Both the position numbers and the translations under genes were made by a program. From the NCBI GenBank assembly GCA_012295275.1, contig CM022665.1, positions 16,616,001 through 16,680,000 of the forward strand: a stretch of DNA of 64,000 nt, given 5' to 3'. Under the pieces are notes generated by a model, which worked only from the letters and a program-made list of their open reading frames with translations, did not search any database and was not told where the DNA came from. This document shows positions 40,719 to 53,500 of the stretch, piece by piece; the stretch's first letter is position 1, and each line of letters begins with the position of its first letter. Source of the DNA: Chrysomallon squamiferum (lineage: Eukaryota > Animalia > Mollusca).

Positions 40719-43700
40719 TGTGAAGCATCTGTTAAGTCATGAGTGGTACATGCGGAAAGGAAAATATAATTCATAATTATATAGTTATTTTATTTTGTTG
40801 TATTTTATTATATTTATTTTAATTATTTTTTATTTTTTATATTTAATTATTTATTTTATATTTTTATTTATTTATTTATTTTATATTTTTATTTATTATT
40901 TATTTTATATATTTTTTTTAGATAAAAATAATAAATATAACAAGCATTTTGTTAAAAATTCCTGAGAAAATAAAATAAATAAAAATAAATAAATAAAAAA
41001 TCAGAAAATCTCACATTAAAATAGCAACCTTCAAACTTTTCCCAATTTTGTTATTTTAATAATACTTTATTATCAGCAAAGATCACATGAAGTAATTACT
41101 TCTAATCCACAAAATGCCAATTTCTGCATCACTATAAGTACTCTTAACGGCAATTTTTGAAACGTGTTACATTCATGTTTACAAATAACTAAACTATTAA
41201 CATTAAAGTAAATATTTACATTTCTCACAGTAACAAAGTGCTATATCTATTACTTTAATTTTTAAAAATACAGCATCTAATTACTTAAGTTTGTCCTCAA
41301 AATTATTCTAAAAAATACACAGCATATCTTAGAGTCTGGATGGAATAAATAAACAGGTCAGCATGTTAGTATTTAGACTATCTCTTACTATTCAAAGATA
41401 ATAAACAAGATATAACAAAATATTATTTTATTTAAAAATTCTGACACAATAAACAAAATAGGTTTGTCATCAATACTCCAGATACTAGTATAATATAATG
41501 AACACAAGTTGAAAAAAAAGCATAACAGGCTTGTCACAGGCTGTTCATGTACTTGGTTTGTCAAAATACAAACATTAGATTATTACATATTCTCACATAA
41601 ATTGATATGTAACAGAGATATCTTATGGTTAATCCACTGTTAAGAAAAAACAATGAACAAAACAACATAATTAACCTGTCATTCATTAAGGTATTTTATG
41701 TAAATATAGAAAAGCTATATATTGTAGCAATTTTTTTTTTTTTTTTTTTGTTGATTCTTAAGTTCATCTCTTGAATAGTGAAAATATACAACAAATAGTA
41801 AGTGAACTTATTTTTGTTTTTTGCAATTACAATTCATAAATAATAATTTAAAAAAATAAGTACATAAACATGTGAACTTATATAATACTATACACACACA
41901 TACATGCATATACACTCATGTGAATGCCAAATTAACAATTTTCGTATTTTAACTGAAAGAAAACAAAAATCCCTCAAAAGTAAAAAAATAAAACTATGTA
42001 CAGTTTACATCAAACAAGATGTAACATTCATTTAGATTCTGACAACAAATTTATAATTAATTTTTTTTCTTAAATCCTCTTTAATCATTTAGTTATCACA
42101 CTGTATTAAATGCTTTCAATGTTATAGGGAAGGGAACCATCAAACATTTAATTATTTATTTAATTATAATTTATTATTATTACTATAACTATTGGTATTT
42201 ATTTATTTTTTTAAGTTTTAGTTTATCATTATATGCTAAATTTTTATTTTTTTGTTTCTTGTTGGGGTGTCTGTGATATTAAATATCTGCACACTTCAAA
42301 AAGATTTTGCATTCTGTATTTTTTGAAAATATCATTTGTAAAATATTTCTTTATTATTATTATTTTATTATTTATTTATTTATTTATTATGGTTTTGTTT
42401 TATCTTTAATAAAATAATTAATTCTTTAATAGGCAAAGGGAGAAAGGCTTTTTTTCAAAATTATTTTCAGTTCCAGTTAAACAAAAACAAAAAACTGTTT
42501 AAAATCCACAAATAATAATAGTAATAATAATAATATACAATAATAATAAAGATAATAATAATGATGATGATGATGATGATGACAGTGATGAATATGATGA
42601 TTATAATGATGATAACAATAGTCTGCACCTACAATTTCTCACATAAGCAAAGGGGTGGGCTCAATAAAAATGCAGCTTAAAATTTAAATAAACTAATTCA
42701 AACATCAGTTATCAAAACATTAACAGAAATGAAATTAAAAAGAACCTATGACAAACCTTTAAAAAACAAATGTGTTTTAAATATCAGCTTTATTAACAAA
42801 AAAATAATATAATATTATACAGGTATTTAATAAGGAAAAAGCTTAAGCAGCCACCCTTTTTTCTTCACAGTACCTTCCTGTTTATATTTTTGCACACAAT
42901 AATATAAATATATCTGTATTTTAATTCAAAAAATAAAGAAGTAATAAAAAATAAATAAATAAATAAAATAATGAGAAATAATAAAATAAATCCTATTTTG
43001 GACTGAGCCACATACATATCCTCATACATTTACAATCATTATCTTTTGTAAATTTTTGTCAAATATTGTCAACTTAATATACCTCTGTCTGGCAAGCTAC
43101 ATGTCTTGTAAAAACATTTTAGAAATTTTTTATATTACAGTTTAATGGAAGTACATACAGCAATATGTTGTACGTTTTTGAACACACACACACACACACG
43201 TTTATATTAATGCAACAGGCACTCAAACATAGATATTCATATATACATACATAATACATATATATATACAATCATACATACATATTGGGGTCTACTACAG
43301 AGTATGCTTTATGGTAGAATTAGATATTAAAAACAGAATTTCTATTTCTTTCTTTTTTTAACCTTTAAGAGTTGCTTTTATTTTGGTTTTTTAATGTGGA
43401 CTTTTATTTTATTAATTTTTGTAGAAAATTAAATATATAAATAAATAAATAAATAAATAATAATAAAATACAGTTTATCACAATGCATTATTTTTAGGAA
43501 TAGAAAATTACTGTCATTTTAGAAACAAAGACATGTCATTAACACTGTATTTTGTTCCATCTTAAAATATTTTAACATTAGATGATTTCATGCATGACAT
43601 AAACTACACATTTTCTGCAGGATCAGGTTTATGTATTCATTATATTTACATGGAAGCAATCTTCAGTGACTTTCAGTAACAAATGAGTTCTGCACTTCAT

Positions 43701-44099
43701 CTGGAATGTATTTCATAACATTAAAATATATAAATAATTACTAATCTTCACATGTATATGTGTTACTATATACATATATGTAGAAAGACATGTATGCATA
43801 CAAATATATATATATATATATATATACATACATACATATTGTATAAATATGTATTTATTCTGTAATATACTCAAGTAAATATACACATGTTAATGTAGAG
43901 GAGGAGTGAATATATGTATACATGCACACAAGAATACATGTACATACACAACACACACTCCTACAGATACTCACACCACTCACCTACATTCACAAAATAC
44001 ATACACAAATACATGTATGTATGTTTGTGTATGTAAATAGACAAACAGGACAAGTAAAATATGATAATATACTGCTCCTTCTATCTCATTAATAAACAT

Positions 44100-44323
44100 T
44101 CACTCTAGCAGATCTTCATCACTGTCGTCATGGTAACTCTTCAGCTGTGTCTGGGAGTTCATGATTCCGTTTTCAAGATATGTCACATCATTGGTAAAAT
44201 AATCAGTGACCTCAGGATCTTCATCTGCTTGAGCTAGCTAAATATTCAATTTTTTTTTTTTTTTTATTCAAATGCTACCATTATTCTAAAATAATAATGG
44301 TGATAATAATAATGATGATGATC

Positions 44324-44357
<34 letters not shown>

Positions 44358-47300
44358 TTGTTTACATAAGAGAATATTCTTTTTATTTTTTATTATTCAT
44401 TTTTTTAAATTTATTTCATTTTTATTTCTTCATCTTCTTCTTATTATTATTTTTAATTTTTATATTATTTAATAAGTTCATTTATTTGTTCTTTTTAAAA
44501 TTATTAAGTGTAAGCTGAAATATATTGCTCCATGTTAATTATTACAATTAAAAATGATGAACTATGTTCACTAACAATAGTTACAGTAATACATAGTTAA
44601 AAAAGTCATAACAACAAAACTTATAATAATAATAATATCAGTAACACAAGAAGCAACCTAAATAAATATTTTTTTTTAAATAACAAGTTTAAAAATAATA
44701 ACAAGAACAATATCATTAACAACGAAAGCAACCCAAGTTAAAAAAATATAATAAAAAATAGTTTTAATAATAATACACATAACAAAAATACTAAATGATG
44801 GTAATAATAATATGTATAATAAAAATAATGATAAAAACACGAGTAACAATATTAATTGTAACTATAAAAATAATAGAAGGGAAAAAATATATAATAACAA
44901 TAACAATAACAATAATAACAATAATAATAATAATAAAAGTAAAAACTTACAACAGAATAGTGGAATGGTCTTTCTGTTTGTCTGTTACATCGGAAAAATC
45001 TCTTCACTTTAGAAATAAAAGCAATTCTGAAAACAAAGTAATGTTTAATTAAAATAAAACTTTTAAACAGGAGAATTAAAAACGTAAAATGTTGTATTGT
45101 AGTTGTTTGTTTGGATATATATATATATATTCAAACAAACAACTACAATACATTTTGTGTTATTTTAAATCTTGATATCTATACTTTGTTACTAATCAGA
45201 TAAAAAAATGTGGCTAAAAGTACATATGGAACTTGGTATTTTTGTTATCTTTTTCACATAGTAGTGACCTTCTGATACTTTAACATAACACACACACACA
45301 CACACACACTATGAATTAAAATTATTATTATTATTTTTTTATTATAAGTAAGTGACTACAAACCTTCTTTCCTGTTTATGGAAGTACACCAGGCCAAAAC
45401 AGACAGCAATGACTGTAGCAAAAACACCAACCACTGCAGCAATTGTCTTTTTCCGAGTTCCTCCTGATGTTGTTGATGACAAATTGTTGCCACCTTCATT
45501 TTTATTTGATGGAAGGGCTGGTTCCACTTTTCTGTAAAATAATTTTAACCAAATTTTAAAATTAATAATTCATTCATTCATTCATTTATAAAACAGACAT
45601 ATAAACTTGACCATGTTGATATTTGACTGTAGCCCAGATCTTAAATAGATAATGTAATGTAACCTGTGAATGTGATGCTTAAATATAAGACTCTGTCATT
45701 AGCTGAGCAAATTTTAATAAGCCAATGAAAATAATGGAAACATCAGCATGCTAAATATGATGACTAAACTACAATTTGAAGAGGTTTTTTTTTTTTTAAT
45801 TCATTATCATGCAGTGTTTCTGAGCAAAATATCATCATCATTAGAAGGTTTAAAAACTACAAAGTAAGTAACTGTTTTTAACTTACACTGCAGGTGTTGA
45901 TATACATGCATACTGTGAGTGCCAATGAAACATGAAGAAACAATCATGTGACTTGAAAATCAGTTCAGGCTCCGACTAGGGTAAAGAAAACAAAGTCAAA
46001 CGTCAAACAATTAAAAACTAATGATGGTTTAACTTAATTAAGACAAACTAGAGACACAGACACAGACACACACACACCAAGATATATATTACATCTGTAT
46101 ATCTGATTAATATGTGTGTTTGTGTTTATCTTAAACATGTATGTATTAACTTAACAAGATTAAGGTTTAATGCTGATGTAAACATATTTAACTACATTAA
46201 TATTTATTTTTGTGCATTAACATTTATTATTTAGCTAAAATATTTTTCAGAATTTGTTTATTAAATGATTTATTTTACTTTATTTATTTATTTATTTTAT
46301 TTTATTATTTAATTTCATTTTATTTTATTTTATTTTATTTTATTATTTTACTCTACTTAAATTTTCTTTTCTTTTCTTTTCTGTTATTTATTTTGTAAAC
46401 AATTAATGTAAAATAAATATTAAAATAAAAACAAAATACACTTACTACTGCCAGTCTTGGCTGACAATGAAAAATGATAGTACTCGTCACATTTTTATTT
46501 CTTGTATTTCCATTTTTATCTGTACACTGCTGTGGGGAAGTGTATTTTACTTCCAAGATATCATCTGAAACATAAATTAATTAACAACTAATATCAAAAA
46601 GAATAGCTTACATCTGAAAAAAGTGAAACTGTTTAAAAATTAAAATCGAAACCACTTTTTTAATGTTTCTTTAACTGAATAAAATGTATCTAGCTATCTA
46701 TACACACACACACACATATATATACTATTGGTAGATATTTTTTCAATATTCATTATCACATTTTTAATTTCTATATAAGACATATTACAATGAATACTGA
46801 AGATAGAAAAGAACTTGTTACACTGTTAACTTTACTATTAGTAAAGGATATAGTATGATCTAATCACCACAGAAACACAAAATATATTCACAGAAACATT
46901 TTAATTACTATCAGACACACACACTCTCTCACTAACAATACACATTTTCACATATACACAGATGCATCTACACACACGTGCACATGCACACTCACATACT
47001 CAGAGTTGAATATACACACACACACACATACGTATCTCTCTCTTATCTGTGTATGTGTGTGTGTGTGTATAAAAACGACATATATTAAAATATATCCGAT
47101 TTACTTAAATAATTACTATACACATAACATACCAACCTTTAATAAAATACTTTCGTGACTGGTAACTACCGATGTTTCTATGGTAACTGTTATCATTTTG
47201 TTTTTCCTGACAGACTGCAGACTCACTGCACACTCTGGATGATGGTGTTGCCTTATCAACCAAGAGATGTCCATCTAAACTGATAGCATACAGAAACACA

Positions 47301-50300
47301 TTGCTGCCTTCTCTCTCCAGTGTGAAGTGATTCCTGAAAAACATAATTGCTAATCACATATTTTCTCGTCAACTAGGAAGGATGGTTTTATTTTTGTAAT
47401 ACAGATATCATTCTTATTTCTTATTTCAAAGACTTAACAATATAGATGTAAACATTTTTTTTTTTAAACTCTTTTAAGAAGATTGTTGTAAATATTAGTC
47501 CATTATGTTCATTATATCTTCTCTCTGATATACACCATACCCTCTCTTCTCGCTAATACTGACTATACCCTCTCATTCACTATACCCTTGCTTTAACTGA
47601 TATTCACTATACCTCCATTCACTATACCTCCATTCTCTCTAACTAATTTTCACTATACCCTCACTTACTAATATTCTAACACATAAAACTGACACTGTCA
47701 TGAGCAGACAACTCAAGACATTTTAACTATAAGATAATAAAATCAGTTTTCAAAATACTGTGGATTAACTATAAACGTAAGTGCAACAAACCCGTTTGTG
47801 TTAGAGAACTTATGAAGGTCGATGATTCCTCCAGATTTTGGATCAGTGATTATTCCATTTACATCATTGACTGCCATAGCCAGACTGAAATATTTATGAA
47901 TTTTTAAATTATTATTCTCTTAGAACAATACATTTTAGCATACTGCAAACATTTAAAAAATTATTTTATCACATTCACATTAAAATCATATTTCAGCACA
48001 ATACACATTAAAATTATTTTATTATATATAAATTTACATTTTAGCAAAGTACAAACTTTTAAATTATATAATCCTTGTATTTCAAAATTACTTTATTACA
48101 CTCATTGTAAAACCATATTTTAGCACATTACAAGCTTTTTAAAATAACTTTATTGTACTTTAATTTAAATTCATTACCTACATACAGAAAACATTTTTAA
48201 ATAATAAATTTTGTTTCACACTGTACACTTTAAAAATACTATTGTTTTATGTCCATCAGGTATTTTAAAACCATTAATTTTTTTTATCTCTCTGTAAATA
48301 ATTAATAATTTTCCATTTTGCTGGAACAAAAAATAACGAAAAAATAACGAAAAAATAAAAGTGTTAACTTTTACTGTAAAAGATATATTTTAAAATGTTA
48401 TATTTTAATTTGAGATAAACATTTTAATATAATTACCTTTCACTGGCACAAGCTATTCTTGTTTTCCACTCAAATTCAAACACACAGACAACTTCATTTT
48501 CTGGTCTACAAAATGTTTTACAAAATTAAAATAATATATATATATATATAATAACTAAATAAATAAATAAAATTCAATTATATAATGAAGTAAAATGAAA
48601 TGAATTAAAACAATTAAATTAAAAACTTAAAAAAAAAAAAAAAAAAACTAGGAAAAATGTTGTAAAACCAGAAGAACAGATGCTATATTATTTTTTTTTA
48701 CAGAAAATGAATTCATGAACAAATCAGTTATAAAAGAAAACTAACTTAGGTATAAAAACTGGTCCACCAATTGTCTGTGCACATTTAAACTTGATGATGG
48801 TCTTGGCCTGTGGGTTGTCACTTCTTCTGTGATCACGTGAACAAGCAGGAGCTCCCTCAGAATATTCCAAAACAATTGTTTTACCATCCGCTACAAACAC
48901 AATCTAATATCAATACAAATTTTTATAAAACTGTTTAATAATATAAATAAACAACCCTAAATAAATTATGCATAGTTTAGAATAAAACCTCAGAACATTC
49001 CAGAACGATCATTTTACCATCTGCTGCAAACAATTTTAAATCAGTACACATTTTTTGTAAAACTGTTTAATCATCTAAATAAATAACCTAAATACATTTT
49101 ATCTATTTTCACATTAAACCTCAGAATATTTATAGCAAAGATATCTCATGCATGATGCTAACCAAACTGAGTGCAAGCCATACAGAGTGGTTTGACAAAT
49201 TCACATTGCCTGCTAACAGCCTACATCACTTGTCAGAAATAAGAAAATAAGTAAAAAATAGAATGAATGGATTTTTATTTTTGTTATTTTGTTATTTTAT
49301 TATTAGTATCTTTATTATTACTATTGTTGGATTTTTTGAGGGGGAGGTTTTGGGGGAGGGGGTTTTGTGAAAATAGCTGAGAATTTTAAAAGAAAGTGTT
49401 TTTTGTCAAGAATTTTTATTATTCAGAAGGAAAGATATTTACATCTTTATTTAGTGTTTTAATATAGTATTGGAGTGTTAATTTAAAATTTATTGTGTTT
49501 TCTTTAAATGTTCATTCTTTCTTTAGTGTATGAGTCAAACTACATTTGAAAACACAACTTACAATCCATGTAGAGTTTTTGACTGTCCAACCTGCCAAGC
49601 ATATCTATGCTGTGTCTGTGCAGACTTTTTCTACAAACTGAGGCATGTGCTGGGCAACCTTCTTCCAGTGCTTTACCATGTAAACCTTCACAAATGTTTA
49701 TCCAGTATCTTCAAATCATAAACAACAAGTTAAATAAGTGTTTAACCTTACATTATAAAGTCAAAGTAAACATAATATCAAATGTATTTGCTACCATGTA
49801 GATAACAAGATATTTAGCTGGCAGTATCATATATACTGTGTGGAGTTTTTTTCTAATTTCTACTGAAACATTGCTATATGAATCTCCAATGAGAGGAAGA
49901 AGCGGGTTATCTTCCCTTGATCTGCCTTGGGAAGACCACTTAAGTTCTTAGGAAAGAAAGTTTTTAAAAAATAATTTTTACCTATTTCACACATTTTACC
50001 CCATCTTTGGGATTTATTTTAATAATGTCAGAAATTATTTTTTCAAATCATCAATCTCACATTAGCTATTTATTTGAATTACTTAAATTTTATTACAAAA
50101 AAACCTGTAATTATTACGATTCGAAAAGCACCCATTTTACTCAGGAATTTCTGCAAACCATCTAATCCTGGAACATGATAAAATGCTGTTTTAAATCTTA
50201 TGTTGTTTTAAATAACAAAGAAACTCTTCATAACTGTAATAATTAATTTAATTCAGTCATAATCCATATATACGTATTATTACTAATATATCAAAATCAA

Positions 50301-50473
50301 AAATATAATTTAGAAAAAGGTTGCTGGGTTACATAGTTTCAATGTAATGTATTACAATATATTTCATGTTATAGTTGGGGAAACCTCTGACACATACACC
50401 ATACAGTATCCAATCAATTTTACATCTGTGCATTTGTACACACATCTTTGTAGAATATTTTAAATTTAAAAAG

Positions 50474-50511
<38 letters not shown>

Positions 50512-53500
50512 AAAAAAATGAAAAAACCAAAACAGAATGAGGAGTCTTGTCCACATTAAAATTAAAATAAAAAAGCATAGTCAACATGTTTTGCTTTGGT
50601 CAAATTAGGTGAGAGTAACATGGAGAAAGAGGAGTATGTTGACACAATAGTGATGTAATTTAAGTTTGTTCTTAAGTTTAATATTTTTTCCCACTGGTTA
50701 ATTTTAGTGGTAATGTTGATGGCAGATATATGATCTCATGGGCAACCAGGATTGTTGTAACCTGTACAATCACTGGCCTGGTACAGACTGCGCCACCTAT
50801 CGAGGGCAGATAACTCACTACTTCCACTCATTAGTCTGATGTACTATTAGAACATATGACACAATGTGACTCAATGTACAACTAGATCTGAATGGATATT
50901 TACATAACAAAATAAATATACTGATACTGAAAAACAGTATTTTAATATTAAAATTTATTCCTTGTGAATAAAGAAAGTATAATCAAGAAACTCACATATT
51001 TCCATTGCTGTCGGTATGATTCCAGCTACCTTTCTCTCTAGACAGAATCTCAAGATCTATTTTAACACCACCGTGTGTTACATAACAGTTATCTGGTTTA
51101 GGCCTACACACCAGATTTGTCTTCCAGTAGAACTGTGTAATACATGGAGGACCCTGAAATAAACAAAGTATTCATTAACTCTTTGTGTGCAGCATGCAGG
51201 AAATGTCACACCAGTGGGGATTGCCCTTTATTCAATTTAAATTTCAACTGCTATTATATCCTGGAATTTTTCTATGTTACTTTGCGAACATTTGGTGATT
51301 CTACCTAAATAACTTTGAAGATTATCCTCTGAAATATTTTGTATCTATTTTTAAGTAATGCAACTGAAATGAATTGCTCTTGGACTTTGATATGTATATG
51401 TGGTTAAGAAATCCAAATTGTTTTGCATTTGCTGTTCTTTTAACAGGTATCTATAATTCAGAAAATTTGGATTCTCAAAATGTTTAGTATTCTGATTACA
51501 TTTTTTTTTTTTTATAAAATTATTTTACCTCGAATAATATTGGCTTGTCCTTGTCAGATGATTCGTCACATTCAAAGAGTATGTTGACCTTTGCAAATCC
51601 AGATTCTGTAAATTACAGGTTTAATATAATAACTTTTGTATATGTGTGTGGGTGTGGGTGTGTGTGTGTGTATGTATCATTGCACATGTCTGTGTGTGAA
51701 CATATGTATGCATGTGTGTATCAAACACACACACACAAACACAAACCTTCACATGTAAATATACCTAGACTGTACTGATACCACACTGTCAGTCTCATCT
51801 CACTATTAGACACACACACAAATCTTCACACTTAAATAAACTTTGGCTGTATTTAATCCAATGATAATCTTACCACTGAATTTACACTTCTTGCTACTGT
51901 TCAGTGTCAGTTTCAGAGCATCGTCCAGGGACATCTGAAACAATCGCTGATCTGATTTTCCATACAACGTGGTTTTTGTTCCATTTATCACACACACTGT
52001 TGAACCGGCACAGCCTGTGTGAACAGAGTCATCAAGACCCCCACACACTTGTATGTAGTATTTTACTCCTGAACTGTGAGACACCTGCGTAGTAAAACAA
52101 ACAGAAATAGTTACTACAATGCAATAGCATTTAGGCATTTTGTGTACATGAGCATGCATGCGTGCAAGTATTGTGTGTGAATGCACTGTCCATGAGTGAG
52201 TGCAAGTATTGTGTGTGAATGCACTGTCCATGAGTGAGTGCAAGTATTGTGTGTGAATGCACTGTCCATGAGTGAGTGCAAGTATTGTGTGTGAATGCAC
52301 TGTCCATGAGTGAGTGCAAGTATTGTGTGTGCATGCACTGTCCATGAGTGAGTGCAAGTATTGTGTGTGAATGCACTGTCCATGAGTGAGTGCAAGTATT
52401 GTGTGTGAATGCATGTGTGAAAAGTATTTTAATGTATGTTTTAAGTTAACATTTTTAGAAATTCTGATCATATATCGAAGTTTTACTGCTTGCAGCCATG
52501 TATTTTGGCACTCAGATATCATTCAACATTCATACCTTCATATTTCATGGTGATTTAAACTGTTTTATCATGTTATATTTTTGTAATAAAATTAATAAAA
52601 GAAATCTAATGCTGCCAATGATTATTCTTTTCAATCAGCAGCAAGCAATTTTTACTTATTTTAGGTTTGTGTTAGATTTTAAAAAAAATATTTATATATT
52701 ATTACTATCCCCTAATGTACAGTGTATGTTTTATGTATGTAGGTGTTAATTAATAATGTTATGCTAAACTGAACACACTAAATACCTCAATGGGATTATT
52801 CAGTGATGACAGGTCATAGCTTATCTTGGTCACTGGATTGGTGTAATTGCAGGAGTTGCTTACTTTCTCTTTAGTATTGCCGTGACAAACAATGTCAGTT
52901 TCCCAGGAAAATACATACTCACAGTCTTCAATAACAGCATCCAGCTCTGGAGTTCCCTGTAAACAGTTATCACTCCAATTATTGCAGTGTTTATTAGCTT
53001 TTTAAACCTTTTGGCTCATTGACTCACAATTCATGTAAAAAAAAAAGTAAAAAAAAATAAAAATAAATAAATAAGCATAAACAGGTGACAAGTGGTTCAA
53101 GAAATGGAGAATGGACAATCATATATATACTGAAAGTTAATGTTTAAGCTAATTTAAAATATTTATCAATATTATACAATTCTTTTCTATTTTCAACTGA
53201 TAACAGCTGCTCGGATTTAAATACAGATGGTTTATACCAGTAATATTTCTTAATATGTAACAACCGTAAATTCATATACAAAGGATATTTTAAAACGAAA
53301 TGGTATTCATCTTCCACAACATTCATATAAGGCATCTGACATTTTTGTTTTGATCTCTCAGTATTATGGTATCTGTGTTTTTCAACTAGCAATGTGTGAG
53401 CAGAAACTCGAAACCTATTTTAAAATTATGAACTATTCTAGTTTAGTTGTAGTGTTTCATTTAGTTTTACTGTAATAATAAAATAATAGTAAGAGTAACA

